DNA of 64,000 nucleotides from Kiritimatiellia bacterium (GCA_040767085.1 JAXGPF010000003.1:1-64000), one strand, 5' to 3'; shown: positions 1 through 13,261, numbered from the stretch's first letter. Program-made: numbers and translations. Notes: a model not told the origin generated them from the letters alone.

Positions 1-1
1 C

Positions 2-2710
2 CACATTGCTGAAGTCGCTCGTAGCCGCGCTGTTGCAGGCCTTGACCCAGTAATAATACCGGATCGCTGATAACACCTCCGAACTGGCGTCAGCATACCC
101 CGGCGCGCCAACCTGGCCCAGGCAAACGGCCGCCCCGGCGTTATTCGCCGTTGCGCGCCAGACCTCATAGCCGGTTGCGCCGCTCACCGGACTCCAGGTC
201 AAAGCCACCTGATTTGTGAAAGCGCCATCCGAGGCCGCCAGGTTCCGCGGCGCCTCCAAGCTCGAAACATCGCGCACCGCGACGCTGTTGGTTACGTTCG
301 GCGCCGGGTTCCAGACGGCATCCCCGGCCTGGCTGGCCACAACCTTGACGATGCCGGCGCCGCTAAACGTCAGACTGTTGCCGCTGATCGTTCCCGGGCC
401 GCTGACCACCGCAAAGGACACCGGTAAGCCCGACGAAGCCGTTGCGCTCAACACAACCGTGCTGGTCGCCACCTGGTCCGGAATCGCAGGGAAGTCAATG
501 GTCTGGTCGGCTTTGCTCACATTGAATACCGCGCTGGTAACCGCAGGATAACCGGCAACTGATGCCACCAGGGTATAACCAACGCCCGTGTTATCGAGCG
601 CCAGGTCGGTGAAGACGGCCACCCCGTTGACCGCCGCCAGGGCGGCGTTCCCGCTCAGGACTCCACCGCCGGGATTGGCGCCAATGGCCAATGCAACCTG
701 ACCCTGGAATTGGCTGGCCACCCCGCCGATCTCGTTGAACATGGCCACGACCGGCTGCTGTGCGAATGGGCGGCCCGGCAACGCAGCGCCGGGTTGCGTC
801 GTAAAAGCCAGACCGACCGCCGGGTAGCATAAGATCGTCATCGCCGCGTCTGAGTACCAGGGCACGTAGGTCACGTTGGCGCTGATCTTATCCCCACTGC
901 CCGGCCCTGCCAAGCCCGGCCCATCCGCCGCACCCCACCAGTTACTGGCGGCATTCAGTTCGAAGCCGGTTCCGTTGTATACCCCATTGCTAATGTTCCC
1001 GGCTATGCTGTTCAATCTGACGGCGGTCCCGCTGATATCGCCAAGGGAGTTCAGTCGGATACCGTAGTAACAGCTGGTAATCGTATTATTTTCGATCAGT
1101 GTCCGGACAACACTGCCTGCGCCTTCACTCAGGAACCGGATGCCGGAATAGTTTGCTTCAACATCGGAAATGCAGTTGTTCCCGATGTACGTATCGGCGA
1201 TCGACACCGTATCGTCGCTGTAGAGATAGATTCCGTGCCGGACACTGTTCCGGATCGTGTTGTCCATAATCCGGTTGCTGTGGCAGTCCCCATAGCCGGC
1301 CGCGCGCCATTCGGCCACGATCCAAGCCTGAAAACCGCATCGGTCAATCACGTTCCCTTCAATCGTATTGCCGCTGCTGCCATAAATCTGAATGCCGGCC
1401 ATGCCACCCGGCCCTGCACTGTATTCTTCCCCGGCAAAGGGCACGCCGTTGGTGTCCAGTTCTGCGTTGCGGATGGTGAATCCCGTGACGGTGACGTTGC
1501 TCGCACCGGGAACCCCGTTGCCGGTGCCGCAGATCAGAATGCCCGCCCGGGCGATAGCCCACGAGGGATCCTGTGATGCGTCTAGAATCGTTGTTCCCGC
1601 GTCTTGCCCCACGAGCGTAATCCCGGACTTCCGTACAACGAGGTGCTCCCGATACGCCCCCGAAGACACATTGACGGCATCGCCGGGAGAAGCAGCGTCA
1701 ATGGCCGCCTGGATGCTGCCGCTGCCAGGCGTGACGTAGACGTTATCGGCCTTGACGCGCACAAAGCCGCGTCCGGCGTCGTCGACCTTGTGGGTGATCT
1801 TGTTCTCCGTGTCATACAACTGTTCCAGCGTCATGCCCGACCCGGCCAATCCGGCGAATGTCACCGCGGTCGCATTAACCAGGGCGTCCGGCGCCGTGGT
1901 GTGCGCCGCGATGTACTCCGGCAGGGCAGCGCCCAGGGCGGTATCGCCAAGGTCGAGCGCTGTTCCCGTCGTCCGATCCATGACCAACACCCCGCGCACG
2001 ATGCCGGCGACGGCCGCGTCGCCGACGGTATTGATCATATTTCCTGAAAGGGCGAAGGTTCCGTCTCCTTTTAAGATCAGTCCTGTGCTCTCCACGGTCG
2101 CGCTCAGGTTGCTGGGAATGGAAATGATATTGTTCTCAGCCGTGACCGTCGTGTTCTGTTCCAGGATCAAGCCAAAGCCTGACAAGCCCGTGTTTTGGGA
2201 ATTAGTGGCATTTCCGCAAATTGTATTGGCCGAGACAGTGGCGTCCGCAAACCGGGAGACGATCAGTCCTCCCGCGTTATTGTCGGAGATGTTGTTGCCG
2301 GTCACGATTGCAACGCCACGATCGTCAGGATTCGCGCGGCCATCGAACCCGAGCGCATCCCAGGTGGAAGGATGGGTTGCGATGCGGGAGACGGCATTGT
2401 TGGTGGCCGTGACATTTGACAAATTGAAAAATTGCGCGCAGCCGTCACAGTCTTCAACGGTGTTATTATTGAAGACAAGGTTATAGCCATTGGGGGATTT
2501 CGAGCCGACATTAATCAGGGCCCAATCGCTTCCATAGTTCTTGAAGGTGCTGTTCATGAAGGTCAGCGTGTTGGTCACGTAGAGCATGCGGACGGCGTTG
2601 GTAATCGTGTTCTCACCGTCGAAAATCACGTTGTCAAAGACCGTGTCAGCCGGCAGGCCTTTTTCCGTATCCGCACGCAGCGTAAAACTTTGACCCGGCT
2701 TGCAGGTTCC
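2..2710 (-). pseudogene. 5'-truncated large surface/secreted protein: parallel beta-helix repeats, Ig-like and fibronectin type III domains; runs off the window start
   Basis: Not in the ORF track because no stop lies in the window. Manual translation at sampled points gives one consistent frame: ...DTVFDNVIFDGENTITNAV..., GSIQAAIDAASPGDAVNV, RFLSEGAGSVVRTLIENNTI, NWWGAADGPG, KADQTIDFPAIPDQ..ATASSGLPVSF, ASDGAFTNQVALTWSPVSGATGYEVWR..YYYWVKACN. The frame begins mid-domain at the IS end (2711), with no signal peptide. Confidence 0.8.
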
Positions 2711-4300
2711 CCTGAATCCGTGACGGGCTTTGCCCGTCACGCTAATTTTTCCGGAATTGTGTTTTGCAATCAGCCATCGCCGGATTTTCAATGGCCCATT
2801 TCTAAATTCTCCGTCACCAACACATTTTTCTCACGTTTTTGCCAAATTACCACATCCTTCGAGTAAGTCAACTGATTATTTTGCCTTTTTGGGACACACT
2901 CCGGCTGTGACCCAACTACTGACCAGTCCACATCAGCCATTATAACCGCGCGTATAAACACTGCACCGCAAACAACCAGCGGCTGCTATGGCTGATTTTC
3001 AAAAAATAACCGCGACTGCGTTCAACATATTTGCACGCCAGATACATAATATCGCGCAACACGCTCCGCAACCGCAGACGTTCTACGTCCAGCGTTAATC
3101 CCAAACGTTCCTTCAACATCAATAATCCTTGCCCAATGCGCCGCAAAGCGTTGAAGGCCATCATGGCCGCCTGCAATACCGTGGCGTTTGTCTTGAATTT
3201 GCCCGACGGCAATCGTTCAACATCCATATCGCTCTTCAGTTCGCTGTGAAATTGCTCGCTGGTGCCGTGCGCATGATACAAATCAATCACGGTTTCTGGA
3301 TGCTCACCTAAATCCGTCCAGTATGTATCCGCTTTCAATTCCGGAATTAAAAGCTGCTCGCCTTTGGCGGTAATCGTCCGCACCGTCACTTCAAATACTA
3401 TGCGCCATGGCTCCAATTTCCCGCGCCCATCATCCATAAACCGGATGCATGATCCAATATACACGGTCTTGCCGGCGCGCGGCTCATGCGCCACGCCGTA
3501 AATCCGCGCTATCCCAAGCCAGTCTTCTAATTTTTCCCGGCGAAGATTGCGTTTGATCAAATAATGCTTGCCTTCCGTGCGACACATCCTCACGTTTTGC
3601 GCCGCATCATTGCCGGAATCCATTCGCACCAACACGCTCTCTTTGACATCCAGGCGGTGCAACAACCTGAATGTTTCTTGCAAAAACTCTGGCGTCCCCT
3701 TCTGACAATGCTGCGTCCCGGGCCGCAACTCGCAATTCAACATATATCCTTCCGCGCCCACATACGCAAAGTTCGGCGCATACCCATCGGTACCCTTGTA
3801 TGTCCGACCGGTCCCTTCTTTATGGGATTTGGCATTTTCAAACGGCGACACATCCACATCTACCGGCATATATTCGCCCAATTCCGTCCGCACACTGCTC
3901 ATTTTCGCCGTTTTCAACATCTCTGCATTCGCTTCTTTGATCATCTCGTCAAATCGCCCGTTCGAACCATCCAAACGCTGCCGCAATGTCTCCGCCGACG
4001 GCACACGTTTAATCCCAAGCGCCCGCCGAAAAAATCCGCTCTCGCGAAACAATTCAATGTCTTCAAATGCCGTACGCCCCAACACCAGCAACCCAAAATA
4101 TGCGCGTATCACATCCGCATTCTTGATCCGTGGCTCCAGCATTTTCTCAATCGCTATTCCGTTCGCCCGCCGATCCAAATCCAGTCCGGCTAAAATCTTT
4201 CCCGCCAACACTAACCCGGCATTGCTTTCCAACATCTCGCGGCTTGCTTGAATAACGAATTTCACGGCAAAAGCCTTTCACCAAATTGATGACCAAGAAA
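2711..4300 (-). mobile_element. IS1380-family insertion sequence; right end at 2711, left end not identified (end coordinate approximate)
   Basis: Contains the transposase ORF. CCTGAATCCGTGAC at 2711 resembles IS1380-family termini and coincides with the break in the adjacent gene. Visibly more AT-rich than the flanks. Confidence 0.75.
2940..4265 (-). CDS. IS1380-family DDE transposase
   Basis: 441 aa. Motifs VDVDVSPF, TYKGTDGYAP, ELRPGTQHCQK, VRMDSGND, YHAHGTSEQFHSELKSDMDVERLPSGKF. Confidence 0.9.
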   Translation of the reverse strand: MKFVIQASREMLESNAGLVLAGKILAGLDLDRRANGIAIEKMLEPRIKNADVIRAYFGLLVLGRTAFEDIELFRESGFFRRALGIKRVPSAETLRQRLDGSNGRFDEMIKEANAEMLKTAKMSSVRTELGEYMPVDVDVSPFENAKSHKEGTGRTYKGTDGYAPNFAYVGAEGYMLNCELRPGTQHCQKGTPEFLQETFRLLHRLDVKESVLVRMDSGNDAAQNVRMCRTEGKHYLIKRNLRREKLEDWLGIARIYGVAHEPRAGKTVYIGSCIRFMDDGRGKLEPWRIVFEVTVRTITAKGEQLLIPELKADTYWTDLGEHPETVIDLYHAHGTSEQFHSELKSDMDVERLPSGKFKTNATVLQAAMMAFNALRRIGQGLLMLKERLGLTLDVERLRLRSVLRDIMYLACKYVERSRGYFLKISHSSRWLFAVQCLYARL

Positions 4301-4611
4301 ACTACGCTTCCCGCAAGTGTAATATATTGACCACCAACTATTTGTCAAGACTTTTCTGAAATTTTATTTGCGCGCTATCACACTTTCTGGATACTCCTTA
4401 TATACACCCTGCTTGCCACACCGCCTTGCCCTAAGCTAAAATCACATAGAGCGATATTCAATTCCTGTCACGGCGGGCACACAAGCCGCCCGCCGCCATG
4501 CTTTATAGCGCAGTCCAGAAATGCTGTCTGTCAGTGGAAACGTACGTTCAGCGTAGTATTTTTCTGACATCATTCCAGTGATATTGCATGATATTTCCTG
4601 CTTTTCCCGAA

Positions 4612-4640
4612 TTGACGGGGGCGGATTATGTTGATATTGT
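4612..4640 (+). promoter_or_regulatory. putative sigma70 promoter for the kinase-regulator pair
   Basis: TTGACG-N17-TATTGT in an AT-rich stretch upstream of 4697. Confidence 0.4.
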
Positions 4641-4696
4641 AATTATTACACAAGAATAATTATTAAAATATGTCCCAATAGGCAGGAGCGTGTCGT

Positions 4697-7003
4697 TTGC
4701 CAACCGCGCGTGACATTTCAATCGGGCACACTGCCCCTGCCACGTCAGACCGAACCGGGCGCGCCGGGCGCCTCTTATGCCACCCGGAAAAGGCATTCTT
4801 GTTTGACTTGTTGACGAAATATTCCAATGACGGGATTAACCTCTGCGAATTCGACCCGCGGACGGGCCGGCGGCGCCTTATTTTCGCCAACGACCATTAC
4901 GTCAGGATGTCCGGCCATTCCCGCGCCGCATTGAAAAAAGCCCGGGATCTGAATGTGCTGACTCAACTGGTATCGGCGACTCCCGCGGGTCGGACAGGCC
5001 CTGCGCACGGCCAATGGACCCGCTGTATTTTGAAGGGGACGCCATTTTCCGGCATCAGCACCTGGAAACGGGAGGGAGGAATATCCTGCCGTCACAAGTG
5101 GACCGCCATCCCGTACCGGCAGGAAGGCCGGTATTTCATCCTCGGGATTGATCGGGATGACACCAAACAACACGAGGCGGAAACGGCGCTCAAGTTAGCA
5201 GCGGAAAAATACCGGCTCATCGCCCAAAACACAACCGATTTAGTCATGGAGCTGGACCTCACCGGACGAATTCGAACTTATACACCGACCCTGACACGGC
5301 TGCTGGGATATAAAAAAACCGAAATTCTGGGACATCATTTCAGCGAGTTTACCCACCCCGGCGACCGCAGCCAAGTAAGCCGCTTATGGTCGGCCATAGC
5401 CAAAAATAAAATGCGGGCAGGCGCCGAGCTTCGCGTCCGCCACCGCGATGGCTGTTGGCGCTGGTTGAACTTCCAAGGTTTTTTCTTCTCGCCCCGCAGC
5501 CAACCGCCCTGCGTCGTAGTAGTGGCCTCCGACATCACTACGCGCCATCAGGCTGACGAAGCCATCCGGACTTCTGAGGAGAAGTTCGCCATGATCTTCA
5601 ACTTCAGTCCGGATATGGTTGCCATCTCAACCCGCGCCGAGGGCCGCTACGTGGCGATTAATCGCACATATGAACGTATAACTGGTTACACGATTCCCGA
5701 CGTCAACGGGAAAACACAGAGCGATCTCGCCATCTGGGGCGACCCGGCGGACCGGCAGCGCGCGGTGAACGAACTGCGCCGCAGGGGGCGCGTGTCCGAC
5801 ATGGTGGTTTCATGTCGGAAGCGTGACGGAACGTTAGCCTGGCTGTCCATCTCGGCGGAACCGATCGTCATTGACGGCAAGGACTGCATCCTGTGGGTAG
5901 GCCGGGACATCAGCGAGCGCCAGCGCGTTGAAAAATCCATGCAGGCCAGCGAGCACAGGTACCGGGTGCTCACGGAAGCAAGCCACGACCTGGTTTTAGA
6001 AATGGACCAACATGGCATTCTGCTCAGCGCCTCCAAGGACAGCCGAAACCACATCGGCTGGACTCCGCGCCAGTTGACTGGCCGGAGGATTGCCGACCTG
6101 GTCCACCCCGACGACGCCCAAGCCGTCCTCCGGGGGCTGCGTGCCGCTATCCGAAAAAAGAGGCAGTCCTCCTGCGAATATCGCCTGCTCCACCAGAACG
6201 GATCCTGTCTGTGGATGAATATTCGTTTCGCGGCCTTTCCCACGGCAGCCGGCGATATTCGCATCACCGCGATCTTGAAAAACGAAACCCTGCGGAAAAA
6301 GATGGAACTCGAACGGCAGCAGTTGATCTGGATGCTGATCCATGCCCAGGAAAAGGAGCGCCAATCCATCAGCGCGGCCTTGCACGACGACCTTGGCCAA
6401 CTCCTAACCTTGGCCAAGATGCAGATCAATTCTATTGAGGCGGCTGACGCCAACTCAACCCAGTTCCTGAAGGATGCCCTGCGGAACCTGGATCAAATGG
6501 CGGGATCCATTCGCACCCTGGCCCGCAGCCTCCATCCTCCGCTGCTGAACGACCTGGGCCTGTCGGCGGCAATGTCCACGCTGGCCGACCAGGTGCAGCG
6601 CCTGCCGGGCATCCAGTGCCGGTTGACATGCCGCGGCCCGATGCACAGGCTGGCCCAGCCGGAACAGATCTGCCTGTACCGGATTACGCAGGAAGCCCTT
6701 GCCAACGCCATTCGCCATGCCAATCCCAGCCGGATTACCGTCACTTTGCGCGCCGACGCCCGCCGGGTATCGCTGCGAATCCGGGACAACGGCAATGGAT
6801 TCGACACAACCGGCCGGGCCTTGGAACACGGCATCGGCCTGCGCGGCATGCGGGAAAGGCTGGCCCGGCTGGGCGGCCGCCTGCTCATTAATTCATCCCG
6901 GAGCCAGGGCACAGTTTTAACCGCCCTTCTCCCCGGCCAGACTATTTCACGTCCCAATCAAACAAGGAAATTGCATACCCATGATCAAGCTGATGATCGT
7001 TGA
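4697..7003 (+). CDS. cytoplasmic multi-PAS sensor histidine kinase (HisKA_3, NarX/UhpB type)
   Basis: Several PAS/PAC repeats (HPGD, HPDD, RHRDGCWRW). H-box ERQSISAALHDDLGQ, N-box QEALANAIRHA, DNGNGF and GIGLRGMRER. Start codon uncertain. Confidence 0.9.
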   Translation: MPTARDISIGHTAPATSDRTGRAGRLLCHPEKAFLFDLLTKYSNDGINLCEFDPRTGRRRLIFANDHYVRMSGHSRAALKKARDLNVLTQLVSATPAGRTGPAHGQWTRCILKGTPFSGISTWKREGGISCRHKWTAIPYRQEGRYFILGIDRDDTKQHEAETALKLAAEKYRLIAQNTTDLVMELDLTGRIRTYTPTLTRLLGYKKTEILGHHFSEFTHPGDRSQVSRLWSAIAKNKMRAGAELRVRHRDGCWRWLNFQGFFFSPRSQPPCVVVVASDITTRHQADEAIRTSEEKFAMIFNFSPDMVAISTRAEGRYVAINRTYERITGYTIPDVNGKTQSDLAIWGDPADRQRAVNELRRRGRVSDMVVSCRKRDGTLAWLSISAEPIVIDGKDCILWVGRDISERQRVEKSMQASEHRYRVLTEASHDLVLEMDQHGILLSASKDSRNHIGWTPRQLTGRRIADLVHPDDAQAVLRGLRAAIRKKRQSSCEYRLLHQNGSCLWMNIRFAAFPTAAGDIRITAILKNETLRKKMELERQQLIWMLIHAQEKERQSISAALHDDLGQLLTLAKMQINSIEAADANSTQFLKDALRNLDQMAGSIRTLARSLHPPLLNDLGLSAAMSTLADQVQRLPGIQCRLTCRGPMHRLAQPEQICLYRITQEALANAIRHANPSRITVTLRADARRVSLRIRDNGNGFDTTGRALEHGIGLRGMRERLARLGGRLLINSSRSQGTVLTALLPGQTISRPNQTRKLHTHDQADDR

Positions 7004-7616
7004 CGACCACGCCATGTTCCGCGAAGGACTGCGCCGTCAGTTTGAACGCTGCCAGGACATTCAAATCGTTGCGGAAGCCGGCGGCATCGAACAGATGAAG
7101 ACCCTGCTTGAGACGGCACAGCCGGACGTCATCATCCTGGACATCAAGCTGCCGGACGGCAGCGGCACCAGCCAGATTTCACATATCAAGAAAATCTTGC
7201 CAAAGTGCCGGGTGATCATCCTGACCATGTACGACAACGTGCGCTACGCGATCCATGCCTTCGAACAGGGCGGCGACGGATTCGTCGTAAAGGGGTCGCC
7301 TTTCAAGGAACTCCTGGCCGCGGTTCTCAATGTCATCGCCGGCAAGCGTTTCGTGTCGCAGGCCACGGGAAACCATCTCGCCAGCCACATTCACGCCGCC
7401 AACCGCAAACCTTCCCGGCTGGACTCGTTATCCAAACGGGAGTTTGAAGTTCTGACCCATTTGAGCCAGGGCCTGCACTCCAAGGAAATTGCGGCCAAAC
7501 TCGATCTCAGCGAAAAAACGGTCAGCACGTATAAGGCCCGGCTCATGCAGAAATTGAACCTGGCGAACCTCAGCGATCTGATCCGGTTCGCCATTGACAA
7601 CGGCGTGTCGGATTGA
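6981..7616 (+). CDS. NarL/FixJ (LuxR-type) response regulator
   Basis: Receiver domain IVDDH..LDIKLPDGSG..LTM..K; HTH LSKREFEVL..EIAAKLDLSEKTVSTYKARLMQKL. Confidence 0.95.
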   Translation: MIKLMIVDDHAMFREGLRRQFERCQDIQIVAEAGGIEQMKTLLETAQPDVIILDIKLPDGSGTSQISHIKKILPKCRVIILTMYDNVRYAIHAFEQGGDGFVVKGSPFKELLAAVLNVIAGKRFVSQATGNHLASHIHAANRKPSRLDSLSKREFEVLTHLSQGLHSKEIAAKLDLSEKTVSTYKARLMQKLNLANLSDLIRFAIDNGVSD

Positions 7617-7741
7617 GGGAGAGCGGGACGCGCAGGGCGGCGCGCGACCTGGCAGACCGGCCGCGCATTGATTTCCGGGGCCGCCGGCCGGACATGGGAT
7701 GTTATGAACGGCTATTGCTGATGCTCCGGTAAAAGCTGCCT

Positions 7742-8893
7742 TCAGCGCCGCCGGCATTCGCCGCAAGCGGCCATGCCTCCGCGCGGCATACCGGCGGGCG
7801 CCCGCTTTAACGGCTGGGTGGCGCAGCGTATGGAGCCGCCCTGGCCGTTATGGGTGCCGAAATAAACCGGATGTACCGTAACGCCCCGTTTGGTCAGTTC
7901 CGCCCTGATGAAATCGTTTTGCACATGATCGTTGTATGACATGATGTAATTTTTTTCGTCCACCGGCAGACCATTCACCGCCAGCCGGGAAGCGTCCGCC
8001 AGCGATACCCTGATCAGGTCCCACCCCCGGATGCAGGACGGGAGCCCTTCCACAAACGCCTCTTCGCAGACGATTGCCAGGCCATGGCGCGGGATGGACA
8101 ACACGCAATCCAAGTGCAGAATCTGCTCCGCCAACGGCACGCGCACGACGTTATATTCCCGGCCCAACACCTGCCGCAGCCATTCGCATCCCGCCTGGTT
8201 GGAGCCTACCGCCTGGTTGAGGGTGTTGCCCACGAGGATGGTCCTGCCGATGATTACCAGGTCGCCGCCTTCCAGCGCGGGCTCATCGGGCGCCGGCATG
8301 GCCAGGGGCGCGGCATGCGGCATGGCGAACCAGCGCATGTTGCCCTGCTTAAACCTGGCCGCAAGCAGTTCCTTAAAACCGGATATGTCCGCGCGGCGGA
8401 GCATGGTGCGCAAATTGAATTCAATGGCCTGGTTGCCGATCACGATCATGTTGTCGCGGGGGAAATCCTGGGAGTAGCCGTTCGCCAGGATTTCGCGGCC
8501 GTAATTTTGGACGATGAAGTCCTCGGTCAATTCCCTGGGCCGGCATACCCGCACCCCCAGGTTGGTCAGCACGTTGATCAAGGCCTGGTTTTCCGCTTCC
8601 AGCAATGCGGTCTCGCTCTTGCCTTTAACCGGATGGATCATTTTTGTCCAGGACATGCCGGCGGTAGCCCGCGTATATTCCGCTTCATCCGGCGGCAGCA
8701 CCTTCAGCGTTTCCTGCAGCCACGGCGCATTTAATTCCGGCGATTTCCCGTAAGGCAGTCCGACAATCACTTCCTGCAAGGCGCCGTATTCGCTGTCAAC
8801 GTAAACCGGCGCATCGCCGCGGGGCATGGTTTGGCAGCCGGCCAGCGCCAGGCCGCCGGCCAGCAGGAGCGACAGAGGGATATTTTTCAGCAT
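7742..8893 (-). CDS. amidinotransferase/arginine-deiminase (pentein) family lipoprotein
   Basis: DSEYGALQEVIVG, FPRD, LEGGD, LHLD and GGSIRCATQPL motifs. Lipobox LALAGC. ATG at 8893 follows an AAGGGGAG RBS. Confidence 0.85.
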   Translation of the reverse strand: MLKNIPLSLLLAGGLALAGCQTMPRGDAPVYVDSEYGALQEVIVGLPYGKSPELNAPWLQETLKVLPPDEAEYTRATAGMSWTKMIHPVKGKSETALLEAENQALINVLTNLGVRVCRPRELTEDFIVQNYGREILANGYSQDFPRDNMIVIGNQAIEFNLRTMLRRADISGFKELLAARFKQGNMRWFAMPHAAPLAMPAPDEPALEGGDLVIIGRTILVGNTLNQAVGSNQAGCEWLRQVLGREYNVVRVPLAEQILHLDCVLSIPRHGLAIVCEEAFVEGLPSCIRGWDLIRVSLADASRLAVNGLPVDEKNYIMSYNDHVQNDFIRAELTKRGVTVHPVYFGTHNGQGGSIRCATQPLKRAPAGMPRGGMAACGECRRR

Positions 8894-9010
8894 GAACGGA
8901 TCTCCCCTTCGGCAAATATTATTCAACTCCCGGCATAACCGCTCGCCCGGCGGTTAAGTCCGCCGGCCCGGCCCGCCCGGCATGTTGCATGCCGCCGCAG
9001 TGCTAGGTCC

Positions 9011-9060
9011 AGCTCCGTCTGATCGGTCCGATCTGGCCAATCTGACGGAGCTTACCGATC
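9011..9060. repeat. hairpin and inverted copy of an internal segment of the four-helix-bundle gene
   Basis: AGCTCCGTC...GACGGAGCT stem at 9011-9052. 9019-9060 is the reverse complement of 9531-9572 with 4 mismatches in 42 bp. Confidence 0.85.
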
Positions 9061-9073
9061 ACCAATATTTTGC

Positions 9074-9096
9074 CGGGCGCCGGCGGCCGTGTCAAG
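9074..9096. repeat. 23-bp direct repeat, copy 1 (copy 2 at 9698-9720); contains TTGACA on the minus strand
   Basis: CGGGCGCCGGCGGCCGTGTCAAG is identical at both sites. Copy 1 reads TTGACA-N17-CAAAAT on the minus strand. Confidence 0.85.
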
Positions 9097-9171
9097 CGAT
9101 TACAGCCGGCGACGGAACACTGCCGTTGCCTGCCCGGAGACTGCTGCCCGTATCGCGAGTGTACAGCAGCG

Positions 9172-9696
9172 TCAGTTCTCCACCGCGCCTTTGCAATCGG
9201 GATAGCCGGAACAGCCCCAGAACTGTGTTCCCGCATGCTTGCCCTTTTGCGCCATGCGCAGGACCATGAGCTTGCCGCATTGCGGGCAACGGGGGATGCG
9301 TTCCGAAAGGGCACCCGATCCGGGCGGATCGCAGCGGCGCTGCCGCGCGTCAAGCCGCGCGGCGGCGAGTTGTTCGCTATAACCGCCGCCCTCAACAAAT
9401 GCCTTTTCCAGCGCGGCAATTTGCCGGTCGAGCAGGTAATTGGCCTGGTGGATCAGGCAGATGAGCGCGTTGGCGCGCACCGCCGGGTCGGCGTGCTTGA
9501 GCCAGGGCGCGTAAAGCGCCCAGCGTTCGCGATCGGCAAGCTCCGTCAGATCGGCCGGATCGGGCCGATCAGGCCAAGCCTGTTTGAAACGCCGGGGCAC
9601 CTGCCGCACAGCCGCCGCTTCGGGCGCGTCGGGCGCCCATAGCGGGAGACGCCGATGCCGCAGAAAGTCTTCGTAGTCGAGCAGCAGTTCCTCCAT
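9172..9696 (-). pseudogene. N-terminally truncated four-helix-bundle protein with suffix domain and topoisomerase-type zinc ribbon
   Basis: EELLLDYEDFLR..LW, ANALICLIHQANYLLDRQI..F..GGYSEQL, CPQCGKLM..FWGCSGYPDC. The first helices normally preceding (ARAS)LEELLLDY are missing. Confidence 0.8.
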
Positions 9697-9697
9697 G

Positions 9698-9720
9698 CGG
9701 GCGCCGGCGGCCGTGTCAAG
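9698..9720. repeat. 23-bp direct repeat, copy 2
   Basis: Identical to 9074-9096; lies at the truncation point of the four-helix-bundle fragment. Confidence 0.85.
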
Positions 9721-9803
9721 ATATTACCGGCGGCGGTTGCGCATGCGGGCGCCCCCAGAAATGCATTGCGGCCGGACGGTCGCAAATGCTATAAAGGCCG
9801 GCC

Positions 9804-12640
<2,837 letters not shown>

Positions 12641-12644
<4 letters not shown>

Positions 12645-13261
12645 TTTATTTTTTCGCCATCGGCGCCGCCCTGGGATTGTCGTCCGGCCTGGCGCCCGGT
12701 CCGTTATTGACGCTGGTCGCGTCTGAAACGCTGCGCCGCGGCCTCCGGGCCGGTGTCAAAATCGCCTTGGCGCCATTGATTACCGACCTGCCGATCATCG
12801 CCCTGACCCTGCTGATTCTCTCCCGGTTATCCGATTCCAATCGCCTGCTGGGGATCGTGGCGCTGGCGGGCGGATGTCTCCTGCTGATCTTCGGCTGTAC
12901 CAACCTGCGCGCCCCGCAACTGGATATCGCGCCGGCGGGTCCCGGCCCCGGGCCGCTGTTCAAGGGCATCCTGGCCAACCTCTTGAACCCCCACCCCTAC
13001 CTTTTCTGGGCCGGGGTCGGCGCGCCCTTGATGGCGGAAGCCTCACGGACGCATTCCACGGCGCTCCCGGCGTTTCTGCTGGGATTCTACTTCTGCCTGG
13101 TCGGCTCCAAAATCCTGCTGGCGGCGCTGCTGGCCAGGTCGCAGCGTTTCATCGCCGGCCAGGCGTTCCGCTGGCTAATACGCGGCCTGGGCCTGGTTTT
13201 ATGTCTCCTGGCTTTAACCTTGTTCCACGACGGGTTAAAACTGCTGGGGATTGTCGGATAG
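12641..13261 (+). CDS. LysE-family translocator
   Basis: [21 protein letters not shown], about 6 TM segments. ATGA overlap with the uvrA stop. Confidence 0.9.

Noticed and set aside
216-2866. Plus-strand ORFs in the first 2.9 kb
   Set aside because: Antisense to the beta-helix/Fn3 gene on the minus strand.
4440-4480. Left inverted repeat of the IS1380 element
   Set aside because: Only 5-7-bp matches (GTCACGG, ATTCA) to the right end; insufficient support.
9011-9720. Diversity-generating retroelement (four-helix bundle resembles Avd; two near-identical repeats)
   Set aside because: No reverse transcriptase in the window. The repeats are only 42 bp and inverted, and the mismatches are mixed C/T and G/A rather than adenine-specific.
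9720-9803. LexA/SOS box upstream of uvrA
   Set aside because: No convincing palindrome of a known LexA type; only a TGCTATAAA -10-like element is visible.
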